Below, one piece after another: positions 29,697 to 39,603 of a stretch of 64,000 nucleotides of DNA. Made by a program: the position numbers and the translations under genes. The stretch spans positions 96,785 to 160,784 of the forward strand of contig CAWHMC010000013.1 of assembly GCA_963830445.1 (NCBI GenBank), given 5' to 3'. The notes beneath the pieces were generated by a model. The model did not search any database. It was given only the letters and a program-made list of their open reading frames with translations, and was not told the origin of the DNA. Positions within the stretch are counted from its first letter, which is position 1; the number at the start of each line of letters is the position of its first letter. Origin of the DNA: an uncultured archaeon (GTDB lineage Archaea > Micrarchaeota > Micrarchaeia > Micrarchaeales > CABMGC01).

Positions 29697-30698
29697 GTGC
29701 CATCGGCATACGGCGACCGAATGGGATTGAAGCTTGGCGATAATAACATCGCACTGGACGTCAGGGACCGGGAGGCGAACGTCAACTTCGTCTCCCACGC
29801 CCATGCCGATCACATCGCCGGAATATGCAAGAGCAAGCCCCTGCTGGCCAGCAGGATAACTAAGGAGCTGGTGGAAGCGAGGAGCGCGCGAATCATTAAC
29901 GATACGATAATGTTGAATAACGTCAAACTGCTCGATGCGGGCCACATACTCGGCTCGAAGCAGCTCTACGCGGAAGGCGACGGCTTCACATTCATGTACA
30001 GCGGCGATTACCAGATGCAGAAGTCGGATGTGGCCCCTCCCATCCAAACAAAGCAGACGGATGTCCTTGTGATCGATGCAACTTATCCTTACAAAAACGT
30101 CGTCTTTGACAATCGGGAGGAGGTCTCTGAGACGATACGCCGCTATCTTAGCTCAAAGCTTGAGAAAGGGACTGTGATCTTCGGGGCCTACAGCCTGGGC
30201 AAGGCGCAGGAGCTCGTAAAGATCGCTAACGACGCTGGCATAGCGCCCGTGGTGGGGGAGCAGATAAGCAGGGTGAATGAGGTCTACAGGCGCAACGGCG
30301 TCCGTCTGGAGTACATAACCGCTGTGGGAGACGAGAGCACGTTCAGCGAGAGCGTCTCCGGGAACTTCTTCGGGATAGTCCCCATGGGCGATGTGAAAGC
30401 CGAGATGCGCAGCAGGCTCTCGAATGCCTGGGGGAAGCGCGTGTTCACAGGGGTAGCGAGCGGGTTCGCCAAGCTCCTGAACATGGGCACCGACGTGCAG
30501 TTCTGCCTGAGCGACCATGCCGATTTCAAGCAGTCGGTGGAGTATATAGAGGCGTGCTCGCCGCGCCTGATCTACACCTACGGCAAGGGCTCCGGGCCTG
30601 CACTCATGGCGCAGGGCTTGAGGGCAGAGGGATACAATGCGCATCCGTTCAAGGCGAAGGAGATGGAGGTCATGGCTTGCGCGCTGGAGAAAGGATGA
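29697..30698 (+). CDS. Metallo-beta-lactamase/beta-CASP-like nuclease
   Basis: SHAHADH, AGHILGS, YSGD, YSLGKAQE, LSDHADF. Confidence 0.88.
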   Translation: MPSAYGDRMGLKLGDNNIALDVRDREANVNFVSHAHADHIAGICKSKPLLASRITKELVEARSARIINDTIMLNNVKLLDAGHILGSKQLYAEGDGFTFMYSGDYQMQKSDVAPPIQTKQTDVLVIDATYPYKNVVFDNREEVSETIRRYLSSKLEKGTVIFGAYSLGKAQELVKIANDAGIAPVVGEQISRVNEVYRRNGVRLEYITAVGDESTFSESVSGNFFGIVPMGDVKAEMRSRLSNAWGKRVFTGVASGFAKLLNMGTDVQFCLSDHADFKQSVEYIEACSPRLIYTYGKGSGPALMAQGLRAEGYNAHPFKAKEMEVMACALEKG

Positions 30699-30776
30699 GG
30701 TAACTTTGTTGCCATCTGTCGGACTAAATTTGAGCCTTTGATAAGCATAAATATCAAGAAAGGCATAGATTAAGTT

Positions 30777-31483
30777 ATGGAGAAGAAGCAAGCTGGGAGA
30801 CGGCTTGAAGAGGTTGTCCGTGTTTTGCCAGACGGCAAAATGAGTGTTGATAAGAAGGAGGTCTGGAATTACCTGTGGAGAGAGGATCCGCTTTCGATAC
30901 TTACCAAGGGTGCGCTCAGAGGCTCGGCGGCGCTTATATTCGATAAAAACATAATAGACGTAGGTTGCGGGAGCATGCTGCGGGCTTTGCAGACCATGGG
31001 GCGTTCACCTCGAGGCTTGCGTGCACCATGGCATTGAGCTATACTGGAGTTGATCATTCAGAGATAGCGATAGAAGAGTCACGCATGGCACATGAAGGAC
31101 CAACATTCGTGCTCGCGGATGCGAGGAAACTCCCCTTCCCGGACAACTCATTCGACATCGGAATCTCCATAGCCACGCTATCCTACCTGGGCAGGGACTT
31201 TGCGAAGGGATTCGAGGAGATAAGCAGGGTCTCGAGGGAGGGTATAATCCTGCAGCTGGTTCACGACTCTACGACTATTCGGAGCCGTGAGAAGCGGGAG
31301 AAGACCGGCTTCGGATCAATCATTACAATCATGAACTTCGAGACTGCGGCATTCACTGATGAGGGCCTGGTCGCCGAGATGGCAAAGCTGGGCTTCGCCG
31401 AACGGGAACTCAGGCTCGAGAGGACCGTGGACGGTGATCTTGACACACATGTCCTGGTCACAGCGATGCGCAGAAGGGTCTGA
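30777..31483 (+). CDS. Class I SAM-dependent methyltransferase, with one apparent frameshift (~31000)
   Basis: IIDVGCG in the first ORF; YTGVD and ADARKLPFPDNSFD in the second. Confidence 0.75.
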
Positions 31484-31607
31484 GACTCCCCTTTGACGAC
31501 TAAAAACCGAACTGTCCACTAATCGCGAATACGTCAATCGACAGATATCCTACAGGTCAAACACGAATATCTGGGTTAAGGCTAAAAGCCTTTCCATATT
31601 ACTTCTT

Positions 31608-31988
31608 ATGAGTGATAAAATGGCAGCTAAAAAGAATATGGCTGGATTAGGCGGGGCTCTAGTGTTCCTAGGCTCACTCGTCTACCTGTACGTGGTCTTC
31701 ACCTGGTACAACGGCGGCGCAACGGCGGGCGCATGGCTGAACGCAGCGGCGTTCCTCAGCCCGTTCGTGATAGCGGTTGCTATCGTTAGCGCGATAACCC
31801 TGTTCTTCATGGGCCTCGGTGCAGCGGCAGGCATGAAGGGAGATGCCAAGATGGCGGACGTCCTCTGGAAGTTCATCATCCTGGGCGGCATAACAACGCT
31901 CATCGTAACAGGCGGTGGCGGATGGTTCTATGTCGCACTGGTGGGCTTCGTCCTGACCTACCTCGGCGGCTCAGTCCTGAGCATGTAA
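31608..31988 (+). CDS. Small 4-TM membrane protein (paralog 1)
   Basis: Four hydrophobic segments; shares SAITLFF with the next gene. Confidence 0.8.
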   Translation: MSDKMAAKKNMAGLGGALVFLGSLVYLYVVFTWYNGGATAGAWLNAAAFLSPFVIAVAIVSAITLFFMGLGAAAGMKGDAKMADVLWKFIILGGITTLIVTGGGGWFYVALVGFVLTYLGGSVLSM

Positions 31989-32007
31989 AGAGATCTGCAA
32001 AAGCGGT

Positions 32008-32048
32008 TCTCCTTTCTTTTATTTTTCCTTTTTCTTTCTTCTCTTTCT
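32008..32048 (+). terminator. Archaeal T-rich (pyrimidine tract) terminator
   Basis: ttctcctttctttttatttttcctttttctttcttctctttct just after the stop codon. Confidence 0.65.
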
Positions 32049-32177
32049 AAGACGACAGAATGGCCCATGAAAGGGCTTATAAAGCATCCGGAATCCCTGT
32101 TTTTACGACGATTGTCTTAGGCCAAAATCGCCTTAAAAACCACAAATTTCACAGGATAAGTACACGAAAGTGAATCT

Positions 32178-32543
32178 ATGGCAAAACAAAATAGCAACGG
32201 AATGAACACGTGGGGCTTTGTCCTGACCCTTTTGGGGGCTCTGGTGTTCCTGTACGTATCGTACAACCTCCTGACGAACTGGAGCGTCTCTTCAGTCTTC
32301 ACGGGTGCGGGAGCGGTACTGTTGCCTGTCTTTGCGGGCGTGAGCGTTATCTCAGCGATAACCCTGTTCTTCGCGAACTTCGCTACCCTGAAGGGTAACA
32401 AGTCGAGCGAGATGTGGGGCCTGAAGCTGGAGGCCGTAACAGGCATAACGCTCCTGGCACTGACGCTGGGTTCCGCATGGTCCTGGTACGTGGTGCTGGG
32501 CTTCGTGCTAGCCGTCCTCGGCAGCGCGATCAGCATGATGTAA
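32178..32543 (+). CDS. Small 4-TM membrane protein (paralog 2)
   Basis: LGALVFLYV, ISAITLFF and GFVL align with paralog 1. Confidence 0.8.
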   Translation: MAKQNSNGMNTWGFVLTLLGALVFLYVSYNLLTNWSVSSVFTGAGAVLLPVFAGVSVISAITLFFANFATLKGNKSSEMWGLKLEAVTGITLLALTLGSAWSWYVVLGFVLAVLGSAISMM

Positions 32544-32569
32544 AGAGCCTCTGGAACGCTCTGGAGGAC

Positions 32570-32625
32570 GTTTTTGTTTCCCATTTCTTTTGTTTTCTTC
32601 TTATCTACTTCTTTTCCCGACTTTT
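32570..32625 (+). terminator. T-rich terminator
   Basis: Oligo-T tracts downstream of the stop codon. Confidence 0.55.
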
Positions 32626-32683
32626 GGAGTGAGGAAGCTCCATAACTCATATAAATCAGGGCGTCTAGGTAGTATCGAATAGC

Positions 32684-33544
32684 ATGGCAAACTTCGAGAG
32701 GGCAGTGGCGAAGGCGTATGCCTCGATTAAGGCACAGGGTGTGCCGGAACATGTCCACAGCCAGCAGTGCACGAACATCCTCAGGCAGGTGCTCCACAAG
32801 GACGAGCGAATCGTCCTGGAGGCAAAGCAAAGCCACTGGGAGGGGATAACACCGTCCCGGATCGTCGCTACCAACAAGCGCCTGATTATGGTACGCCCCT
32901 CGTTCTGGGGCCTGCATACAGGCCATGACCTCTTCACCCCTACCAATTACGAGATCATACCCTACCAATATATACAGGGCGTCACGGTGGCGCGTGGCAA
33001 GGCGTTCGACTCGATCAAGGTGCACCATACGGGCACCAGCGGGCCGGACCAGGAGATGCACACCCACAGCGGCGACGAGTTCAACGGGATACCAAGGATC
33101 GAGGCAAGGGCGATGAGCGAGTTCGTTGAGGAGGTCATAGAGTACGGGCCTGACGCCCAGGAGCGCACGGAGCAGCCGCAGGCACAGGAGGAGAGCCCGC
33201 CTCCGTGGTCCAAGGAGCTGAGCCTGGAGGATGCGAAGAGCATCGTGAATGAGAGAGGGGCTAGGTTCCTGTGGTTGGGCATTGATCCTGTTGAACAGGT
33301 GGCGCAGCTGCTGGATATCCCAACAAGCAAGGTCGCAATAACTGCACCTGTCGAGCTGGTTAACTCGGGCAAGGAGGGCGTTAGGAAGCATGGAGCGGAT
33401 ATCCTCCTCTCCTATGAGGGCGAGATGGCGAACCACGTGGCACGGGTGATAAAACAGAAGTACGGCCTGGAGATGTATACGCTAAGGGGCGGGCTCAAGG
33501 ACGTGGCGAAGCGGCTCCACAAGGAGGCCGACGCTTTCAAGTAG
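32684..33544 (+). CDS. Bacterial-type PH domain fused to an inactive rhodanese-like domain
   Basis: LHKDERIV..Q..IVATNKRLI (bPH); C-terminal LLSYEG..A....L.GG lacks the catalytic Cys. Confidence 0.65.
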   Translation: MANFERAVAKAYASIKAQGVPEHVHSQQCTNILRQVLHKDERIVLEAKQSHWEGITPSRIVATNKRLIMVRPSFWGLHTGHDLFTPTNYEIIPYQYIQGVTVARGKAFDSIKVHHTGTSGPDQEMHTHSGDEFNGIPRIEARAMSEFVEEVIEYGPDAQERTEQPQAQEESPPPWSKELSLEDAKSIVNERGARFLWLGIDPVEQVAQLLDIPTSKVAITAPVELVNSGKEGVRKHGADILLSYEGEMANHVARVIKQKYGLEMYTLRGGLKDVAKRLHKEADAFK

Positions 33545-34814
33545 GAGTCTTTCCGAAGAGCTTCCTCTCCATCTTTGCATATCTCTGGACCAGAGCCTTG
33601 GTGTTGGCCTTTATCTCCTCTGCGCTCTTTGGCGTGCGCGCGAGGTTCAGCTTGATGGCCGTTGCTCCTATCTCTGCCGCGACGAGTTGCGTGACCTTCA
33701 GGAAGGCCCTGCGGTCCGACATCAGCGGCATGATGCAGTCAGGGGATAGGTTCTTGTTCGCGGACTTTGCAATCACCTTCGCCGCGCCGAAGAGCATCTC
33801 CTCGGTGGCGCGCGTGGCGCGGACCTCGAGCAGGCCCCGCACTATGCCCGGGAAGGAGAGGCTGTTGTTTATCTGGTTGGGCTTGTCGCTGCGGCCCGTC
33901 GCAATTATGAATGCTCCTGCCGACTTCGCCTCCTCGTAGTCTATCTCTGGAGCTGGGTTCGTGAGCGCGAAGAGTATGGGCTTCCCTGCCATCCGACCTA
34001 TGAACTCCTTCTTGAACGAGTTGGGGATCCCGCTGGCGCCGATGAAGACGTCGGCCCCGCCTATCAGCCCGTCGAGGCCTCCCTGGGCGTTCTCCGGGTT
34101 GCTCTTGAGCGCAATCTCCTCCTTGAACTCGTTCATGTGCTGGGCGCGGCCGCGGTATATGGCACCCTCGCTGTCGAGAACGTAGAGCCGCTTGAAGCCC
34201 GCGAAGTGCAGCAGGTTGGCGATCCCGATGCCGGCTGAGCCGGAGCCCATGAGCACGATCTTCGCCTCCTTGCCCTTACCCGCGAGCTTGAGCGCGTTTA
34301 TGAGCGCGGCGAGCACCACCACTGCTGTGCCCTGCTGGTCGTCGTGGAAGACCGGGATCTGGAGCAGCTCGCTCGCCCTGCGCACTATGCGGAGCGACTT
34401 CGGGGACTCTATGTCCTCTATGTTTATGGCGCCGAAGGTGGGTTCTATCTGTTTGAGGAACGTGAGTATCTCCTCCTCGCTGCTCTTGCGTATGCAGAGC
34501 GGCACAGCGTCAACGCCGCCGTACTTCTTGAACAGGAGGGATTTGCCCTCCATGACGGGCATCCCGGCCTCGGGCCCGATGTCGCCCAGGCCCAGTATCC
34601 GCGTGCCGTCGGTGACGATGGCGAGCGTATTTGCCTTGTTCGTGTACTCGTACACCCCCTCCGGGTGCGCTCTTATCTCGTTGCACACCAGCGCGACTCC
34701 AGGAGTGTAGTAGGTTGAGAGCTGCTCCTGGGTTTCTACTGGAACCTTGCCCATTATCTCTATCTTTCCCTTGTTCATCCTGTGTTTCTCCAAAACTTCT
34801 GATTTCTCTACCAT
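33537..34814 (-). CDS. NAD(P)-dependent malic enzyme
   Basis: YTPGVA, VTDGTRILGLGDIG, MEGK, NIEDI, FHDDQQGT, GSGSAG, ATGRSD.PNQINN. Confidence 0.95.
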   Translation of the reverse strand: MVEKSEVLEKHRMNKGKIEIMGKVPVETQEQLSTYYTPGVALVCNEIRAHPEGVYEYTNKANTLAIVTDGTRILGLGDIGPEAGMPVMEGKSLLFKKYGGVDAVPLCIRKSSEEEILTFLKQIEPTFGAINIEDIESPKSLRIVRRASELLQIPVFHDDQQGTAVVVLAALINALKLAGKGKEAKIVLMGSGSAGIGIANLLHFAGFKRLYVLDSEGAIYRGRAQHMNEFKEEIALKSNPENAQGGLDGLIGGADVFIGASGIPNSFKKEFIGRMAGKPILFALTNPAPEIDYEEAKSAGAFIIATGRSDKPNQINNSLSFPGIVRGLLEVRATRATEEMLFGAAKVIAKSANKNLSPDCIMPLMSDRRAFLKVTQLVAAEIGATAIKLNLARTPKSAEEIKANTKALVQRYAKMERKLFGKTPT

Positions 34815-34823
34815 GATCTCACG

Positions 34824-35231
34824 TTATTTCCTGCGGCCCGCAGGAGGGATTGGCTTTGTAAGCAGATACAGCATCATGCCGACGATTATCGTGAGCATGG
34901 CGGTGATGATGAACGCGTAATATCTGTAGGATGTTATCGCGCTGTAGGCGGATGCGGCGGAGCTCTCCGCCTGCTGTGCGTAGTTCTCGGCGAGAGAGGG
35001 AGACCTGTTGGACAGTGACCTCGCTCTGGCCAGGTAATTGTATGCCTGCGTAAGGTTCGGGTAGAAGACAAGGTAGCCGCTCTGATTGATGGCGCTTAGG
35101 TAGGCCGATGCGTTTGAGATGGTGAGGTTCGCCTGCTGGTGCGTGTAGTTCTGGGCACCTAGGCTCAGGCCGGAGAGGAGAAAAAAGGAGAGAAAAATAA
35201 AAGAAAGGAAGGAGAGGACAGCCGTTCTCAT
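34824..35231 (-). CDS. Small membrane protein (signal peptide and C-terminal TM)
   Basis: Hydrophobic termini; lies between tfb and the malic enzyme gene in the same orientation. Confidence 0.7.
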   Translation of the reverse strand: MRTAVLSFLSFIFLSFFLLSGLSLGAQNYTHQQANLTISNASAYLSAINQSGYLVFYPNLTQAYNYLARARSLSNRSPSLAENYAQQAESSAASAYSAITSYRYYAFIITAMLTIIVGMMLYLLTKPIPPAGRRK

Positions 35232-35239
35232 GGCCAGAC

Positions 35240-36304
35240 CTAGAGGTTAACGTCGATGTTAAGCTCCTGCTTCAGCTCCCGGTACCTGTTTCGTATCGTC
35301 ACCTCGGTAACGCCTGCGACGTCGGCCACTTCCTTCTGGGTGCGTCGTTCGCCAGCCAGGGCTCCTGCGATGTAGACTGCTGCCGCTGAGACGCCCGTGG
35401 GGCTTCGTCCGCTGATCAGGCCCTTCTTCATCGCCTGCTTCAGCAGGGTGAGGGCGCGTTCCTGGGCATCGCCGCTCAGCTTGAGCGCTGCCACATAACG
35501 TGGCACGTAGGCGGATGGATCGGTCAACGGGATCTTCAGGTTAAGCTCGTGGGCTATGATGCGGTAGGTACGCCCGATCTCCTTCTTGGAGACATTGGAG
35601 ATGTTGGAGATCTCGTCCAGCGTGCGCGGCATTCCCGCTGTCCTGCAGGTAGCGTAGAGCGCGGCATTGACCACGGTCTCTATGGGACGACCGCGGATCA
35701 GGTTGTTGCGGACGCACTGCCTGTACAGCAGCGCAGCCTGCTCGCGGATGTTGTCCGGCAGGCCCAGATAGCTTGCCACCCGGTTGAGCTCCGGAAGAGC
35801 GACCAGGTAGTTGCGCTCGCTGGAGCTCGCTATGCTCGCGCGCTTGTGCCACTTGCGCATCCTGTAGAGCTGTGCCTGGCGCTTTGAGGAGAGCTTGGTG
35901 CCCTTGATGTCCTTGTTGTACATGTCGATCTCTGTGACCAGGCCCTTGTTCGGCTTCATGTACTTTATCGGTGCGCCGGTGCGTGCGCGGGCATTGCGCT
36001 GGTCTGAGTCGAATGCTCGCCACTCCGGACCTTCGTCGGTGACGTTCTCCTCAATGACCAGGCCGCAGTTGTTGCAGATGTACTCGCCGCGCTCGTTGTC
36101 GAATATGATATCGGATGCTCCGCAGCTCGGGCAGCGCTTTACCTCGCGCCCGAATCTCGCGACCTCCTTCGAGACTACGACGTTGTCAGAGGCTCCGGGA
36201 TTCATGGTGGGAGCCATAGGATTTGCGACCGTGCCCTGCTCGTGGTGGGTCTTGCTTCTTGCCGCCGCACTGTGTGATTTTGCCTTGTTCATAGATAACA
36301 CCAT
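35240..36304 (-). CDS. tfb: Transcription initiation factor IIB
   Basis: CPSC..CNNCG Zn ribbon, GPEWRAF, two cyclin repeats, TQKEVADVAGVTEVTIRNRY; true start may be ATG 36292. Confidence 0.97.
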   Translation of the reverse strand: MVLSMNKAKSHSAAARSKTHHEQGTVANPMAPTMNPGASDNVVVSKEVARFGREVKRCPSCGASDIIFDNERGEYICNNCGLVIEENVTDEGPEWRAFDSDQRNARARTGAPIKYMKPNKGLVTEIDMYNKDIKGTKLSSKRQAQLYRMRKWHKRASIASSSERNYLVALPELNRVASYLGLPDNIREQAALLYRQCVRNNLIRGRPIETVVNAALYATCRTAGMPRTLDEISNISNVSKKEIGRTYRIIAHELNLKIPLTDPSAYVPRYVAALKLSGDAQERALTLLKQAMKKGLISGRSPTGVSAAAVYIAGALAGERRTQKEVADVAGVTEVTIRNRYRELKQELNIDVNL

Positions 36305-36454
36305 TCAATATGACGTCTGGACAGTATAAGAGATTTTTTAAACCTTTCTAAAAGAAGTAAATAGAATATAAGGGAGAAGATATTTAAATCTTTCGCTGGT
36401 TTTCGGCTTTTTTTAGACGAGGGAGCTCCCTCGACAAGAAAGTACGCCGGTTTA

Positions 36455-37012
36455 TTAGACGATATCCCTAACTACATTGCCTCCCTTAACCACGCCGTAG
36501 CTCCCGAAATCGAGGGATTCCCAGCGATTGAATAGTTCGTCCATCTTTCTCTGGATGCTGGCGAAGTAGAGGGTCATGACCGTGCCGTGGGAGCAGATTA
36601 GGATCTTCTTGCCGTCGTATTTTCTCTCGATCTCTTTTACCGCATTCGAGAACCGGTTCAAGGCATGATTGGCCGTCTCCCAGCCATGCGCCGTATAATC
36701 CAGGTCCTTGAATATCCGCACCTTCATCTCGTCGTACTCCCCCGCTGTGAGTTTCTCCGAGTTGGGTCTTTGTATCTCGCCCAGGGCGGTCACCCTCACT
36801 ATGGGCTTGCCTAGTCTGTCCGCGAGAGGTTTGATGGTCAGGTACGCCTTCTCCTCGTCTGACGAGATCAGGATGTCCACATCATCGAAGAGCTTTTGCG
36901 TAGCCAGCTCTCTCGACTGCGTGGTTCCCTCTTCCGTTAGAATCCAGTGCTCGATGGGCACGCTCTTGTCCACCTTGGTTTTCGCGTGCCTTAGGAATAA
37001 TAGCGTGTTCAT
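36455..37012 (-). CDS. Histidine phosphatase (phosphoglycerate mutase-like) family protein
   Basis: LRHAKT, SS..KA..T, SHG motifs. Confidence 0.85.
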   Translation of the reverse strand: MNTLLFLRHAKTKVDKSVPIEHWILTEEGTTQSRELATQKLFDDVDILISSDEEKAYLTIKPLADRLGKPIVRVTALGEIQRPNSEKLTAGEYDEMKVRIFKDLDYTAHGWETANHALNRFSNAVKEIERKYDGKKILICSHGTVMTLYFASIQRKMDELFNRWESLDFGSYGVVKGGNVVRDIV

Positions 37013-37032
37013 GAGATCAATGAAAGGGAGTT

Positions 37033-37154
37033 TGGCGGAGGCGGGATTTGAACCCGCGACCTCTAGATTTCTTAGCAGTCATCGCAATAATGCTCATCAC
37101 TCATAACGCTTTGCATATGAGTCTAGCGCTCTAACCAGGCTGAGCTACCCCGCC
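37033..37154 (-). tRNA. tRNA-Met(CAT), elongator type, with a 47-nt intron at 37/38 (37069-37115)
   Basis: GGCGGGG/CTCCGCC-A acceptor, D-arm GCTC..GAGC, CTAGA-CTCATA[intron]A-TCTAG, T-arm GCGGG-TTCAAAT-CCCGC; BHB with one mismatch. Confidence 0.92.
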
Positions 37155-37222
37155 ATAAGGGAGTGGATAGAGATGGGCGGGTGAGATATAAAATACCATA
37201 TATTTCAGATCCGTGGCAGCGC

Positions 37223-38771
37223 CTACCGGGTGTGCTTTAGCACCACAATCCCGGAGACGTTGTATATCCTGGTGTAGTTGTAACGGGTGTAGTTTGACAC
37301 CTGGGAGACTGCCTGCCCTATTGGGCCGTACAGTATGGGATAATAATCTGAGAAGTTCTCCGCATAGAGTATGTAATCCGGTTTGAACCAGTATACGGCG
37401 CCGTTTATATCGGCATAGGGGGTGAGGGTGTTGTTGCTGGGCGCCGCTAGCAGCTCTAGGTTATGTACATAGAACAGATGTGGTGCGAAGATCGTCTCGG
37501 CCATTACCGAAGCATTTGCAGGTATAATGGAAACGGCGGTGTTTAATGCCGTGAGGTTCGCGCTGTTGTAGGTTGACTGGACTAGTACCGAAAAAGGAAG
37601 AGGGGACAGTGAGAGTAGTAGCAGGATGGACAACACAATCATTTGCGCGAATAGAAACTGCTCGTTTTTTAGAGGATTCAGATGCTTTGCAAGAAGTGCA
37701 AGACGCGGTTTATGCTCCATTACTATTAGGAATCCGAGGATCACGGCAACTGCTGCTCCTCCCAGGGCATAGGCATAGTACTGGCAATAAAAGGAGGAGG
37801 ATTCAGTGCCGTGAAGCTGATACAAAAAAGCAAGAAAGATCCAAGGAGATAGGAGCACGAGGCTGATTATCGGATCGGCGAGGGTGCTAAGGCCGAGGCC
37901 CAGGAGGAGAACGAGCAGGCCAACCAAGGCCAGGGGATACACTAGAGCAGACTGGGAAGCGCCATTTACGAGTTGGCTCTGGGACAGTAATGAGGGAGTA
38001 TTGAAGTACCAAAGCAAGGGTGAGATGGTCGCGTAGGGGGTCGAGCTATAGGATGAAAAGAGGAGGCCGCCCAGGTAATAGTAGGCCGATGCGGACAGCA
38101 GGGTTAGGATTGTGGCGTAGAGGAGCAAGCGGTATCCGGACTGCTTCGATTTTGCAGGATCGCGGTTAGAGGCATAGAATCGTTCGTAGAGGAGCAGGCC
38201 GACGAGCAGGCTTGCACCTATAAACGGCGCGGCCTCGATCACAGAGAGCAGCAACAGATAGCTTATGAAGAATAGGAGACGGCGGCGCTTCATGTAGAAG
38301 TAAAAGGCCAGGATGTAGAATAGGGGCAAGAATGCTTCGATGTGGACGTCAAAGAAGAGCAGCCCCGCAGTTCCGGGATTTATCAGGAAGGCGAGGGCTA
38401 TTGCAAAGCCGATCTTCCTATTCTTGAGAGAGGTCCCTGCAGACCAGGTAAAGGACTACCGCAGTCAGTGCAAGCATAAGGTCCTGCGTTGCTAGCACGG
38501 TGATTGGCTGTTGATAAAGAGCGAATAAGGGCAGAATCAGCGTGCTGAATGGGGAGAGGTGGTTTGTGCTGGTTAGATATTGTTGCAGGAAACCCATGCC
38601 TGTCGAGTGCAGGTGCCAGTAGGAGCTGTACACGTACAGGCCAAGGTCATAGTACCTGGAGAGGTAGTGCGTGTAGGCGTAGGAGCCGTAGTTTATCCAG
38701 TAGGCAGCGTATAGCAGAGCCACGACTATTATCAGGAGGAGGTAGTTGTCGGCAAAGGTGCTGTTGCGCAT
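37223..38771 (-). CDS. DUF2079-like polytopic membrane protein (GT-C-like), frameshift ~38420
   Basis: YDLGLY, NHLSP and LATQ motifs; FDVHIEAF in the downstream frame; YYAY and IPANASV. Confidence 0.7.
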
Positions 38772-38811
38772 TGGCTTCTCCTTGGGCAGGCGTTGCTGGA
38801 AGGGCTGTGTT

Positions 38812-39540
38812 TTAGTGCTTCAGGATCGCGAAGCGGCGCATGTACGACTCGGCCTGGAAGATGACGAAGTAGGGTAGCACGAGCAGGGAGACTATCAGGA
38901 GCACTATGTAGGTCGCCCATATCCCCAGTATGCTAACGAAGACCAGGTCTATCACCGAGATGGCCAGGGTGACGAGGACCAGCCAGATGACGAAGTACTG
39001 CGGGCTGTGGAAGACCAGGCGGATGCTGTTCTTCATGGAGCGAAGCACTCCCACGTTGTCAACCACTATCGCACTCGGAGCGTAGAAGATGAAGAGGAAG
39101 CCAAAGAAGCCCACCAGGTCGGTGAGGAAAGTCTGGATGTTGAGCATGTAGCCGATGACGTTGGCAGCCATTAGGATGAGTGTGTAGATTAGCAGGACGG
39201 TGAAGACCTTGCCTATGTACTTCTCAATGTCGTGGAGCACGCGCTGGGAGATCGCCAGGCGGGTCTTGCGCGACTTGACAATAAGGCTTATCGCCACGTA
39301 GGCGAAGCTGATGAATAAGAGGGAGAAGATCAGCGCGACCAGGATCACGGCCACCGTGAAGAAGTCAAGGTTCGTGAAGATGCTCGCGCTTCGTATGAAG
39401 ATTGCGCCGGAGCTGATGTAGGTTGGGAAGGGCGCAAGAAGTGGTATCAGGAAGGCTATGACAAACGGTACCGAGAATAGGAGAACGAGCTTTAGGTTCT
39501 CGCGATAGGTTTCAGACGTGTCAGATAAAACAGAACCCAT
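38812..39540 (-). CDS. Polytopic membrane protein
   Basis: About six TM segments, intact ORF with GGTG RBS-like site. Confidence 0.75.
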   Translation of the reverse strand: MGSVLSDTSETYRENLKLVLLFSVPFVIAFLIPLLAPFPTYISSGAIFIRSASIFTNLDFFTVAVILVALIFSLLFISFAYVAISLIVKSRKTRLAISQRVLHDIEKYIGKVFTVLLIYTLILMAANVIGYMLNIQTFLTDLVGFFGFLFIFYAPSAIVVDNVGVLRSMKNSIRLVFHSPQYFVIWLVLVTLAISVIDLVFVSILGIWATYIVLLIVSLLVLPYFVIFQAESYMRRFAILKH

Positions 39541-39559
39541 TCTTTAACACCGCAAGACC

Positions 39560-39600
39560 TTAAATGAAAATAAATAAAAGAAAGATAAACAAAAGCTATC
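39560..39600 (-). terminator. T-rich terminator downstream of the pilin-like gene
   Basis: Minus strand reads cttttgtttatctttcttttatttattttcattt. Confidence 0.55.
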
Positions 39601-39603
39601 CCT

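Noticed and set aside
32117-33436. Long antisense ORFs (e.g. 32117-33436, 9574-10623, 13080-13964, 5833-6759)
   Set aside because: Shadow frames of well-supported genes on the opposite strand, with no recognisable motifs.
37033-37154. Initiator tRNA-Met, tRNA-Ile2, or a nested double intron
   Set aside because: Lacks the A1-U72 pair and the three G-C anticodon-stem pairs of initiators. Ile2 is less likely given the acceptor sequence and 37/38 intron. One 47-nt intron restores a normal anticodon arm.
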